NCBI GenBank assembly: GCA_964658305.1
Contig: OZ210885.1
Coordinates: forward strand, 23,188,001-23,252,000
Source: Leptogorgia sarmentosa
Taxonomy: Eukaryota
Reading direction: 5' to 3'
DNA length: 64,000 nt
Shown here one piece after another: positions 1 to 12,877 of this stretch (its first letter is position 1; the number at the start of each line of letters is the position of its first letter). The translations under genes were made by a program, and so were the position numbers. A model generated the notes under the pieces. The model was given only the letters and a program-made list of their open reading frames with translations. It was not told the origin of the DNA and did not search any database.

Positions 1-839
1 TTAATTCATTAGCCTGATCATTTGGAAGCAGTTTAGTGAAGTTGCGTTTTGTAAAACACGCGTTAAGACATGTTATGCACAAGTTTTTTATAGCATGGCT
101 TTTCCCTAACTCTTTTTCGACGTAGTTTTCAAAAACAGTCCCAATACCAACTAAGCCCAGAGCTCGTAGATTTATAATTTTTTCTCCTTCTCGTTTTGAC
201 CACATTTTGTGGAAAGGGTTGCTGCATATTCGCTGAAATCTTGGCATTTCTGCAAGTATTTGTTGAGATTAAGACTTGCTCGAAAAAAGAACAACTTTAC
301 CGTGAAAAGCGCGCGAAACGTTTGCTGCCGAATAGTGCCGATGAACGAAGTCATCAGTCATGTAAATGTATTGTAATACATTGCACGAATAGTTTGCAGT
401 CACTATTATCCTCTGTTTCTTTCATTTTTTGTTTATTTGCAAGGAGTTTGAGTTGTAAAACATTTAAAATTACATATTTTATAAACTTTCTTGTAATTCC
501 TTAGTTTTTATAGTAAATTGTAAATTACACAATTAGATGAATGTAGATTTGTATCAATTGTATAATCCGGCACTTTACACACGTCAAAAGCTATATATTC
601 AAACACATATATTTCGCGTTGTAAATGAAAATTTAAAAATCCGCACGGTAGAAATTGAGATAAGACTGTTTTATAGGAATTTATCAGTTTGAAAGCGAAC
701 AAGTAAATATCGAACGGCACGGAAGGTTTAGAATGAAGGTATCTTTCTTCACTCCTTTTGTTTACATTCTGTAACTTTTACGCATTCTGATTGGTCTAGA
801 GCGTAAAATGTCAACAAACGCTCTGATTGGCTAAAGATT

Positions 840-1574
840 ATTTACCCTTGCTACTCCAGCTGCCTTCTCTCCATCATCTCTGGTTAAAAATTTCTGCAGT
901 ACGGTAACAGCGGGAATCACTTCAGATATACACGAAGTGTTCTTGCTCATCAGCTTAGTGTATTCCTCGAATGGTTGGAGCAAGCGGAGGAACTTCTCCA
1001 TCAGCGACCATTCGTTGGGCGAAAGGGTTGCAGTTGGCGTCTCAGCAGAATAAAGTGTGACAGCTCTTTTGTTATCCAGTAGCCTGTCCAACATGTAATA
1101 GGTAGAGTTCCATCTACAATACAATAAAAAATATCCATACTGATAAATGATATTAGTTGTTAATATAATCAAACAGTCGTTGTTTTGTCCACAAAGTGAA
1201 CAACTCTTTCGTTTGAAACCTGAACAAACGTGAAAAAATAGCTTGTAACTTATAAATTACTAAGTACATACTAACCTTGTCGCAACATCCTGAATCAACT
1301 TCTTCTTCGGAAGACCAAGATCATCCTGAATTTCAGCCAGCCTGTTACTCCCGAGTGCTGAGTGACGAAAGTGTGTGACAATTCGTTTTGCCTTTGCAAT
1401 CATGTCGCTGACACTTCGTTGGGAAAATATAGCGTCGTTGATCGCCAACTGCAATGTGTGAATGAAGCATGGACTGCCCACCAAACCGGCCAATTCTACA
1501 GCATTTGTTATGTTGCTTGCATTGTCAGTAACAACGATGTGGCATCTTGAAGGATCGATAGCCCATTTTGACAA
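840..1574 (-). pseudogene. hAT (ZBED-like) transposase fragment, two exons
   Basis: VVTDNASNI...PCFIHTLQLAI...LIQDVATR | WNSTYYMLDRLL...LLQPFEEYT are typical hAT motifs. A GT-AG intron (~1115-1274) splits TR/WNS. Truncated on both sides. Confidence 0.85.
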
Positions 1575-1578
1575 TTTT

Positions 1579-1890
1579 GTTAATTACTGGGTGTATGAAC
1601 GTAATTTTTGCATGGTCATAAAGACCAGGGTCTCATCTGTTGAATGACATGTTTTTTGTGTCATTATGAACAAAGCAGAACAAATATCAGAGCGATTAAA
1701 ACTGACTGTCGAAATTCCATACTTTCACCTCTGTGCCTAATTAAAGCAGTGCATAACAAAAGAAAAATACAATTAATCACGAATGTGTCATGGTAACAAA
1801 GATTTTATCAGGATTATTAATAATTCTGCATAATCAGGTCGTTTGTTGAAGGGAAAGTCTTCATCTTCGAGTCGCAGAGGGACTCTTCCA
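1579..1890. mobile_element. Partial copy of the foldback MITE at 32739-33325
   Basis: ttaattactgggtgtatgaacgt...catggtcataaaga and ttcacctctgtgcctaattaaagcagtgcataac...gaagggaa match the 32739 element (reverse complement) with an internal deletion. Confidence 0.8.
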
Positions 1891-1984
1891 CTTTTGAGTG
1901 GAAGTTTTTCATCTTCATCTGATAATTCCAAGGCCTATAAGAAATGTTGATAGGAATTTCCATAAATCTCTTTAAGCTTTCCAT

Positions 1985-3477
1985 TTTTTTTACTTCGTTG
2001 GTATCTTATTGGGCCGGCAAAATCTACCACCTACTATTTGGAATGGCAGATCTCCCTCGGTACGAGTGTTCGGTAGCTTCCCTGAAGTTGGTGGTTCAAA
2101 GGCCTTTACTTGGAAGCGCTTACAGCCATTGCAGTCCCTTCCGGATCTGTTTAGCTAGTTGATATAGATGAGGTACCTAAAATCGTTCACAGATTTTAGC
2201 CATCATTAGCCCCACACCTCGTTGTGTAGAGTCGAGATGTCTGCTTGTTGAACGACTTTCCATGTGAAGAGATGACTACAAATGATGTAGATAAATTGGG
2301 TATTCACCAGTGATGCGTCCACTACATTGATCATTTTCTGATGGTCGGTGCGAAATTGGTCTTCATTGCGTACTACTTTCCATGCTCGCTTAATCCACCA
2401 AAGTTCCTGTCATTCAACCTCGTCAGTAGAAATCGAACATGTTGCTCTCTCTACCGATTTAGTTTTACAGCATGTAATAAAGCGTTGTACGTAGCAAAGG
2501 ATTCTCAAAACTTTAGGAAGATGATACTTGGCAAGCAGTTCATCAAAAACAGCTGTCTGGACCATCGTCGCAGCTACAATTTAGTTCTTTACCGTCACCT
2601 TTTCCTCAGCTTTAATGTGCTCGTCAGGAACAAGTGTTACATCCTCTGGCCAATTTGCAGGTTCACTTAGCCAATCTGGACCCTCTTTCCATAGCTGATT
2701 TACGACAATGTCGCCACTTCTGCTACCTAAGTCAGCAGGATTCGTTGCAGTCAGCCATATCTTGGAAATGTGGATGCGGTGTGGAGCAAGAGGGCGAAGT
2801 ATAACCAAATTCTGTAACGACTCTTTCCATTTCTTCCACCTTGGCAAAACTGATTCTGGTAAGGTTTCATCCCACAGCAATTTGGCATCGCAGATTTATC
2901 AATATAGCAGCTTGGGAACTAGTGTTGTCGGTGAGGCTAGACGAAGGGGGTCATAAATCTTCGCGAGTTCAGCACTGATCGTTTTGTTGTACACTCTTCC
3001 ACACTCATCTCCACATTTAGTATGACCTGTTCTCTGTTCCAGGGCAAAATTTCCCTTCACAGGTTGTTAGTTCCTCCTAATTGTTGTTTGGCATATGTTT
3101 CCTCCCCATCTTCATCTACCGATTCACCTTCACATACTTCCAATGTTGATTGATTTGAATGCCACTTGTGTATTCTGAATGATGCGTCCTCAAACACTTC
3201 TGTTGCTATCATTTTCTTCTCTTTTGTTTCACAGACTGATGCACTGCCCATCATCAGGTCATCTATATAGAGGTTATTTTGAAACTCCTTGGCCAACTCG
3301 GGGTATTTTTCCATCCAGTATTCCAAATGCTGATTCAGAACACCCGCAGGGAGAAATGGGAATGTCAAACCAAATAACGCTCTGGTGAATTGATAAACAA
3401 CCAAACTATCACTGTTTGGTTCTTTCCAGAAGAACCGTAGAGTCCCTCTTTTCTTCACTGATTCGTATCTGAAGAAA
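1985..3477 (-). mobile_element. BEL/Pao LTR retrotransposon pol remnant (RT, RNase H, integrase N-terminus), 3' part
   Basis: FTRALFGL..PF, LYIDDL, HKWHSN, WDETLP, NPADLGSR, LWKEGPDWL, VDFAGP motifs; many frameshifts and stops. Confidence 0.85.
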
Positions 3478-3808
3478 TAGGCCGCTTGCCGTGTCCTGCT
3501 TTTGTTCATTTTCATTAAGCATGTCGTGGAACTGAATGAAAAATACGTATCTTACCTCTTTTAAGGTGTTTGAGCATAAATCTGCAAATTTCCCCCAAAC
3601 TTTTCCTGCAGTTTTTTTGTAAAACACGTTTTAACTTTTGCCGAGGAGCTATCAATTATAAAGTCAGGCGCCATATTGAATACGAAAATGTTTTGGTTTC
3701 GTTATTTTCCATCGCTCAGCATTACAAAAAGCTCGGTCCCAATCTTCTTAAATTTCAAATTTTGTCATTCTGGCTTATTGAATACAGCGGTTCAACTCAA
3801 TCCCAACA

Positions 3809-6800
3809 ATGGCTGATCTAGCGTGTAATTCGATATGCATTATTCATTTTGACGGTAAGGAAGGGGAAATTAAACAATTAACAACGACCAGTATTGCGAA
3901 AATTGTTGATCTTAGAAATGGATGGATAGAAGTATCCACTAATAACTCTTCGTTTTCCGAGGTTGCACATAAGTCATTTGAGTATATTGATAGTTCTGGT
4001 GAAATAAATCATCCGCACAAAATCGAGTTTTGTGGCTTCCACCTGGCATGTTACAGAAAGTTCACTGACATAACTAAACTGGAAAAAGCAAGAAATGCAC
4101 TAGCTAATGCTAGTCGGAAACGCCCAGCTGAAATAGAAACCAACGAGAGTGAAGGTCAAAGTCGTCCAAAACGCTCTGCGCGTCAACAGTCGTTAGGAGA
4201 AAAAACATCTCAATCATCGAGATCAAAACATGTTCTGCCAGAAGTGTGTCTGATATGTAAACGCACTGGACCAATTTATATCACCGATCCGGTATTGTGT
4301 TTCTAATACTTTTACCTTTTAGTTTGAAATTTGAATGTAAATTAGAATAGCTCTTTTTAGTCATCTTTGGAAAAGCCTTTCTTGATATTTATATATTTTC
4401 CCTTTTGTAATGTTTAGGCATCTAAGAAACGCGTAAAACAAGAGTTGTCTGTTGCTCAAACCCTTAATGCGGGTATTTTGGAGGAATCAGCTACCATAAG
4501 AAAAGACGAAAGCGTTTTGCTCCATATTAAAGGAAGAGACTGCGTAGCAATCGAGGCCAAATATCACAAACGCTGCTATCAAATGTATACGAAGGTACTG
4601 ACACGTACACCGAAAATTAAAGGTCCTACATTGTATGACAAGGCGTTCGACATATTTTGCAAGGATGTAGTCGAAGAACGCATAATCAACAGAGGTGAAG
4701 TGCTAATGCTTAGCTATTTGTTGAAAAAATTCATCAGCTGTGTCAAATCAATAGAAAAGATTGAAGTGCCCTATCAAGCAGCAAGATTGAGAAAAAGAAT
4801 CAAAGATCGTTTCCTCACGTTGTATTTCATGCATCAAGAACAATGAATAAAGGAACCTTGGTCTATTCCGATGCTATCAATGTTGGCGATGTTGCAGACA
4901 ACTTACAAGAAAATGACGGTTATGACTCTGAAAGTGAAGGTGATGATGATGATCTTGTTGCTAATACCGACACTAACATGGAAGTTCAATCCGCAATTCA
5001 GAAAGGAATGACAACCAAAGATATGTTTTTCGCTGCAATGGAAATAAGAAAGCTTTTGACCGAATGTAAAGGCGTTGACGCGAAGTGGCCGCCTGATTCT
5101 CACGATTTGACTTCATTGTTAGCCCAGAAATCAATTCCAATACGGTTGTATAACTTCTTGTCGTGGAGTATGGGATTTTCATCAGAGCCCGTTGAAGATC
5201 ACAGGGTCAAAGTGAATTCAAGCGAGAATCCAAAGATCGTCTCTATCGCGCAAGACATGGTTTATACCGAATCGAAGGGTAGAACACAAACGTTTAAATC
5301 CCTAGCTCTCGGTATGGCTGTGCGTCAAATGACTGGATCTGAAAGATTGTTAAGAATTCTTCACGGCTTAGGTCATACCGCTTCTATAGCTACAGTTCAC
5401 CGTCACGACACTGCGCTTGCTTTGGTAAGCAGTTATAGTGTGGAAAAAGAATTGCCTATCCCACGAAACATGAGTCGTAAAGAATTTACTACACTAGTAT
5501 GGGATAACAACGATTTCAGTGAAGAAACCATTTCTGGCAAAGGAACTACCCATGTTGCAAATGGAATAATCCTTCAAAATGCGAGTTCTGGATGCACACT
5601 GGAGAAAAAACAACTGTGTCAAAAAAGGAGCGCACAATTAAGCCTCCCGAAATCAATATTGTTCCATATTATAGTAAAGAAAAGGTTTCTCCTATGATGC
5701 AAAATGAAGCTGCCGATGTTTATTTGGAAGAGCATATTCATCATGATGATCAGATTGCAGGAAGAAACGCAGACTTTTTGTATAACATCATCAAGAAAAA
5801 TGCTTCTGAAAATGGAGAAAATTTCCCTGGTTGGACAGGATTAAACACTCAAATACACAGAGACGTTCGAGATAAGACCATTATTGGATACTTACCGGTA
5901 ATTGATTCACCTGTCACAGACCTCTCAACAGTAAATGCACTGCTGCAATGTAGTATGTCCATTGCGGAACGACTTGATGTCCCTGAAATTGTGCTCGTTT
6001 TTGACGAGGCAATTTATGCGAAGGCCCAGATGATAAGATGGAAGCACGACGCCTTTCGAAAGCGTTTGGTGATCCGACTTGGAGATTTCCATACAGTAAT
6101 GTCATACTGCAGTGCTATTTCTAAGATATATAAAGACGCTGGTTTGCAGGTGAGCTTTACGCCTACCGCACACGATACGATTTTAGTGGAATAAATATAG
6201 ATACATTTTACGCCTGTTCATCGTCAAATGTGTACATAATTGATGTGCTTATTATACATTTTTTTGTATTTTTAGGATATAATGATCGAATCTGAGATTG
6301 TAGCTGTTGGATCAGTTAAAGGAGTTTTATCAGGCAAACATTATAATCGCTGCATACACACCCATCTAGCAATATTTGAAGCCATGGAAAGATTACATCT
6401 AGACTCTTTTGAGAAATCGCTAACAACTGCTGAAAAAGCTGTGCTTCATTCAATCAACTCTGCATATTCTATCAATTCAGACAAATTTACAGAGATCAGT
6501 GTGGGGAACGATGTTGCAAGTATTAAGATGTTGTACGACAAATTCATTGAAACACGTTGTGAGGAAAGTCCCTTGTTCGCTTTTTGGTCGAATTATATCG
6601 AGATGGTGCAGATATTACGGTTATTCATACGTGCAACGAGAACTTCCAATTGGGATCTTCATCTCAGCTCATTAAGGTCCATGATTCCATGGTTTTTCTC
6701 CTGTGATCGCGTGAATTATGCACGGTATTCATCATGCTACTGGTTGGAAATGATGTGTTTGGATAAAACGCATCCATGTAAGTTCTTTGTTTGGATCAAT

Positions 6801-9414
6801 CACATCCACAGGGGCGTAACTAGAGCGTTAATTGGGGGGGAGTGTATATTCATATATTCATGTTCTGCCCGACGGATTTCGTTTGAAATCTGTTGTTTTT
6901 GAATTAATTCGAAAAGAAATCCGTCGGGAAGAACATGAACGCTCTAGTTACGGCCCTGCACATCCATGTTAGTTGCCTCTTAAATTTATGTTCTATTTTC
7001 TGTGTAGACGTGGCTGTTAATATCGCAGAAAACTGGACGGTTCAAAGGCAACAAAACTATTCGTTCTCCAGCATTGCATGCGACCAAACCATCGAGCAAA
7101 CGTTAAACAGGTACATAGCAACGTTCCAGTTATAACTTCAAGCATCTAAGCAATCTAACATTTCATCATGTTTTTTGACAAATTTCAATTTTCAAATCAT
7201 TTAGAGATTCAAAAATGAAAGGCGGACTGATTGGTATAACTTTGAATAGAGGAGCTGTTCATCGCTGGATCATGGGTCAGGCAGAAAGAAGTGCAATTAC
7301 AAGAAGATGTGAAGAAATGGCAAACGTTGGCGATGTCCCAAGGTGATAAAATAAATTAGCCTGGAGAACTTCAGTTGGTTTGTATCTTTAACAAAACTAC
7401 TTTTTTCAGGGATAGAAAGAATTTGGACCAAACTAGGGTGAAAGCTGATGAAACAAGGATAAATGATGTCATGAAGACCATATTGACGATGATCAATCCT
7501 TTCGACAATGACCTCAGTAGCTTGGTTCATTTGGCTAGTGGAAAAGTTGCCTCTGAAGTTGTTGCGGAAGATATGAGAACTATGTACGATAAAGGCACAC
7601 AACAAGCAGACAACTTCCTAAAGGAGAACGTCGCAGGAAAAGTGCCCAATATTTATGCACCGATACGTAAGACAAATCTAAGAACTTTCTCCAGTTTGGG
7701 AAAGAAGGTTACAAAAAGCACGAAAAACGGAGAAATTGTAGCATTGAAGAACTCCCAAGCTTTATTCAGCAAAATGTTACTCATTGCAAAATCTCGAGAC
7801 CTCGACATGGAGTATGTTTTAAAATACTCTTTGCGACCTTTCCCTAGTTCTCTGGCTACAATTGACAGCGATCTCGTCAAAACACCGAAAGCTAAATTGT
7901 TACATGCAGTTGAGAATGACGTCACAAATGCAACGATTAACGAGTTACCGACCACCAGCAGGGCTTGTGTTTTAGATGGTATGGCGATGTTCCAATTCCT
8001 AAGTCCTGTCCCAGAAACATTTGGTGCTCTGTCTGAAATGATGTTGGCTAAGACGGTGAACTCGGCGATACATACAAATTGTAAGCGAGTGGATTTTGTG
8101 ATTGACCGCTATCCACAAGTAAGTATAAAAGATCTGGAGAGAAACAGAAGAGCAGTGGCGAACGACTTTCACGAGATCAGGATATATAGTGCGCAGCAAA
8201 AAGTTCCACGACAGTGGAAAAAGTTCTTGTCGTCAGGAAGGAATAAAGAAGAATTAATAAAATTCCTTTTTAATTCTTGGAAATCAGCAAACGAATCTCT
8301 TTTAAAGGGAGTAGAAGTAGTGCTTGCACACGAAGGCCAGTGCCACAGTTTCACTCAGTCAAACGGACAGTTAACGTGCACCGAAATTCAAGAGCTTTAC
8401 AGTGATCACGAAGAGGCCGACACACGCATTGTTGCCCACGCAAAACAAGCTTCACAATATTATCAAAGTATTTTGATAAAGAGTCCGGACACCGACGTGC
8501 TTTTTATTGCTCTAAATGCTTGTTTGGAAATACCAGCAGATGTTTTCATCGAAATGGGTGTCGGAAAAGGAAGACGGACATTGTCACTGACCAATATTAG
8601 GCATAGTGTTGGTGACTCGTGGTGTAGAGCTTTGATTGGTCTTCACGCACTGACAGGTAAGAATGCGCGTATGAAAAACTACGATAGCATTGTTTAGACC
8701 TAATAATAATGTTTTGATGCATGCATTCATACCAAATGGCACTCTAGTTCTAAGTATTATTTGTACATTCTCACTTGTTAGGATGTGATTCAACGAGTGC
8801 ATTCTACGGGAAAGGCAAGGTGTCGGCACTGAAGATCGCAAAGATGAAGAAAAGTCATGTCGGTACCTTTGAAAACTTTGGCAAACAACTAGTTCTTCCT
8901 GATGAGCTCAAAGTTGGCGTGTATAATTATAATTATGTCTGTCATTTGTACGGGTTCGAAGCATTATCTGATGTGAACAGTATTCGCTGTCAGTTATTTA
9001 AAAGTGGGAAATACAATGAAGAGTTATTGCCGCCAAATGAAGATTCGCTGCTGCAACATATACGCCGAGCAAACTATCAATGTTATATTTGGCGCAATGC
9101 GGCGCAGCCTATGCTTGATCTTCCATCATTTTTTGATCATGGGTGGATGCTGGATGATAAAGGCGAAGTCGAAATTAATTGGATGTCGATACCCGCAGCA
9201 GCTGATTCTTGAACTAGTTAATTGCAAATGCAAGAAAGGTTGTGAAAGCAGAAGGTGCTCATGTTTTAAAGCCTCTCTAAAATGCACAGATCTTTGCCAA
9301 TGTATCGATTGTCAAAACAGTAAAAGTGGTGAAGAGGACATCGAGAGTGACTCCGATACCTTTAGTTCCTGCGATGATTTTAGCTCAGATGACAACAGTG
9401 ACACCGAACCATAA
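3809..9414 (+). pseudogene. Academ transposase with XPG/FEN1-like (PIN-fold) nuclease and C-terminal Cys-rich domain; 7 exons, about 3 frameshifts
   Basis: Exons 3809-4291, 4418-6149, 6276-6777, 7008-7110, 7205-7342, 7410-8656, 8782-9414, all GT-AG and frame-compatible. Motifs WDNNDF..ET..GKGTTH, VFDEAIY, RLGDFH, DQTIEQT, DGMA, HEEADTRI, SPDTDV, HALTGCDSTSAF, CKCKKGCESRRCSC..C..CQC..C. Frameshifts near 4812, 5610 and 9208. Confidence 0.85.
6809..6958. mobile_element. hAT-type MITE inside intron 3 of the Academ gene
   Basis: TIRs CAGGGGCGTAACTAGAGCGTT / AACGCTCTAGTTACGGCCCTG; perfect 8-bp TSD CACATCCA (6801-6808, 6959-6966). Confidence 0.92.
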
Positions 9415-9491
9415 CTAATGAGCTGTCAAGTTGAAAATGCAATCGTGGTCAAAAATGCTGAATTGGCACACTTGAGGTAGAGTACCAAATC

Positions 9492-9723
9492 CAGGCGCGT
9501 CAGAGCAACTCTAGGAGTGTTGGGGGGGGGCACTTATCGCAATATAATATTATAAAACTATGAAGTCCCTGAAATGTCATTTTCTGCACTTTAGAAGAAA
9601 ATATCAATTAAATTTGTAGTTTACTATTGACCATTCGGTAAAAAGCTAAGTGGGGGGAGCAAATACATTGAGGCCCCCAAACTAAATAAGTGCCTCCCCC
9701 GCCCCCCTGTTCCGGCGGCCCTG
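9492..9723. mobile_element. Degenerate hAT-like MITE
   Basis: CAGG...CCCTG ends with G-run and C-run subterminals; the putative 8-bp TSD matches only 5/8. Confidence 0.5.
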
Positions 9724-10345
9724 ATCAAAATTTGAAACACGCTAAGAATGCGCTTACAGCGGCATCAAAATACTTTTTCGTCTCGTTTAACGTTCTGACG
9801 CCTTTTTGGGTCGAACATAGGTTAGTTTGTTAGTGTAAACCGGGTTCAATATTTCTAAGTAATCTTTAATTTACAGATCCGCATACTAAAACAACAAGTT
9901 TGAAGTAAGACCATGCCTAATGGATAAAACAAAACTTCCCCACGCACGTTTTGACGGGTGTTGGGCCTTCGAAAAGTCAAAAGAAAAAAAAGAATCGAAA
10001 TCGATTCTTGCTCCAAAATTCTAGATACTCTAAAAGTGGAAAAAGCTAGTATTCGCCGACCGATAGTGCCACGATATTGACATAGTGTCATTTTGAGCGA
10101 TGATATTTTCGGAAAACTTACAAAACAAATTTTCAAAATGGCGCCTGCAATTTGAGTTTAGAACCAGACGAGTTGACCTTCAGTCCAATTTTTCCGGAAA
10201 ACTGCAGGAAAAGTTTGGGGGAAATTTGCAGATTTATGCTTAAACACCTTAAAAGAGGTAAGATACGTATTATTTATTCAGTTCCACAACATGCTTAATG
10301 AAAATTGTTTTCCAGGCACATTTTAAGGTCATGGCAAGCGGCCTA

Positions 10346-11650
10346 AAAAGCTTTCTGCAAATCTCCAGTTAAAAGGATTGGATAGAACCTTGATTTTACT
10401 AGGATGTCCCACAACCGATTCTGAAGGGGTGGTCCCGGATGAAGACAATCAATGATGGTTGATTCACATTTGCTCTTGCCGAGGCATCGACTATACGAAG
10501 CTTGGTGCGCTCTGCATCTTTCCTTGTTATGCCCTTATGTGGCAGGTAAAACTCTTTTCCAGATGGTTCCCTTGGTGCTTCTTTGATCACTCCCTTTTCT
10601 AGTTGGTCTTGTATAATCTCCTTATAATCTGCATACTGGCCATTCTTCTCAAGTTTTCAAATAAGGTGATCCAGACTCCTTTTACTACCTGTCTCATTCG
10701 ATGGTAAGGGTAGATGATTTCCTTTCCATGGTAATTTTGTAGTGTACCATCCTCCTCGCTTCACTCTAGTTTCTCTTTGAATTCTTCATATACTTCATAC
10801 TGATTGTTCTCATGCGAGTCTGCTAGTCCTAGCACATCCAAAGCACAAAGCTGTTCATAGTCAGTAGATGTCCACTTTGTGAGGAATACCAGACCTTCTT
10901 CATTCTCTTGTACCTGTGACATAATCGTCCGGTCAACATGGATTGGTATCTCTTCTCTATCATCTCCATCGTCAATTGTTACTCCCTTGCGACAAGTGTA
11001 TGTTGTTAGCAGATTATCATAATTTGAATTCTTCACCATCATGATTTCTGGCTTGTGGACTTTCGAAAGTTCATTCTCTCATGAAATTTCCATGAATGGA
11101 TGAAAGCTCAGGTGTGTACAATTCAACTTTAGTAGTGGTGGAACTCAACATATCAATTTGTCTAGTTTTTACGTGGATGGGTTTCTTCTTTAATGCACTG
11201 ATCAATTTTGAAGAAGCATAAGAGCTGCCAGATCCAGTATCTAGCAACACATGGGTTTTCACACCGTCTATTTCTACAAGCACGATAGGATACAATATTC
11301 CCTTTTCACCTTTCCACCTGCGTCCAGCTTTGGTGCATTTGAGGTTGAATCACAAATTGAAGTTTGTTGTCGTCTTTTGCAATTTCTACAGGGCTTGTAC
11401 TTTTACAATCTGAAGCATGTTGAGATGGACCTGCACAATTGAAGCAAAGCTTCTTTCATGCCAAAATTCTTTTTCGCTCTCCAGGGTCAGTGACAGATTT
11501 ACACTCTGATGACCGATACTCCTCACTGTCACAATAAACATGCTTGTCTGGATCCTTTTTGTGCACCAGATCTTTGACTGGTTTGAAAATGTCCTTAAAG
11601 TCCAGAGGAGGTTGGACAGCAGTCACATGAATTTCTCGATCAATCAAATC
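10346..11650 (-). mobile_element. BEL/Pao gag-protease-RT remnant, 5' part of the element interrupted by Academ
   Basis: Gag knuckles (YCDSEEYRSSEC, LCFNC), protease LLDTGSGSSY, FYLPHKGI...TKLRIV-DASA, ILLTGDLQKAF. Confidence 0.85.
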
Positions 11651-12877
11651 GCATCATTTTCACATTGCTTTTGTGAGGATTTTTGACAAAAAAATTTGCA
11701 TAGCGCACAAATCTATTCAAATTTTTAGTATTTTTATTCAAATTTCATGCTGGATTTGGCAGGATTCTATAAGAAGAGTTGAATTTCCAATATCTGAAAT
11801 ATTGAGTGAGGTAAGCGTTAATTACTGCTTTATTTTTATAGTCAACGCTTGGAGGGTCATTTCAAGACGACTGTTTAATTTTATTTCTGTTTACAATTTT
11901 TAATCTGCAAAATCTGGAATTCCTGTGGTTCGATTTTTTGTATATATTAAGACAAATATATGAACTAAAACCTATGGTTTCAGACCCCAAAAGTCCCAGG
12001 TCTGTGATATAGAAATTTCACTTTGAACTGAGATGACTCGTTTTGACATTTGCCAAAAATGGTCCTTCACCTTGTTACCAAGAAAGATTATTTTGTTGAA
12101 TAATTTGTTAGTGTTAGTGGCGAGGTTTAAAGTTATTTATTACACGAGGTGTTCAATTACTTTCACAGGAATATTTGAACATTTAAAACAATGTTTTCTT
12201 AGGCTTTATGTGGAGTATAATTTTGGGTTGTTACTTTCATGTTGCCTTTTGACATGAGTTGTTGCCTTACGCAAGTTTTACCACCCAACCCTTATGTCGT
12301 GTTACAGCCAAATATAATTATTATGGGTTTTAGGATGGTTAATGTTCCCTAAAAGGCCTTATTGAAACTATCTACTCATCCCTGGGTATGGTTTGTGTTA
12401 TTCATATTAGTAATGCTCTTTTCATTCACCTGCAGAACAACAGCTCATCCTGGGGGTTGTTCATGCTGGGGGTTGTTCATGGCAAAGTGATCCCCCTCAA
12501 CAGGGCCACCCGAGTTGCTTTAGCAGTCCAGTTCAATCTGTAACTCCCAGTTGTATGGTGCCCAGGTGTGCCACGCACATTTTCCGTTTGTGATATTGAA
12601 TTTTATTTTAATTTTACTTTAATTTACTTTATTTTCAGTTCAAATATGATTTTGAATTGATTGCAATTTAATATTAACTTCAATTCAATTTTAATTTAAT
12701 TAAATGTCAATTGCTTTTTTTCAAAAAAAAAACAATTGGGAAAAATATGTGGCCCAGGCGTGCCATTCCGGGGGGGAGTGTAACTCTACCACGCGTCCGC
12801 ATGCCAAATGGGTCGCGGCTTCTGACCCAAAATGACAGCTTGAATTTTCAACTAATTTTATAAATAAATCGATCGAA

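Larger units (their letters stand above)
3478..10345 (+). mobile_element. Academ-superfamily DNA transposon, full length
   Basis: Ends TAGGCCGCTTGCC (3478) and GGCAAGCGGCCTA (10345). Imperfect TIRs ~140 bp. 3-bp TSD AAA (3475-3477 / 10346-10348). Removing the element restores the BEL RT frame GDLQKAF-LQIRI. Confidence 0.9.

Noticed and set aside
9213..9414. Standalone tesmin/TSO1 CXC gene
   Set aside because: It is the frameshifted C-terminus of the Academ protein inside the TIRs.
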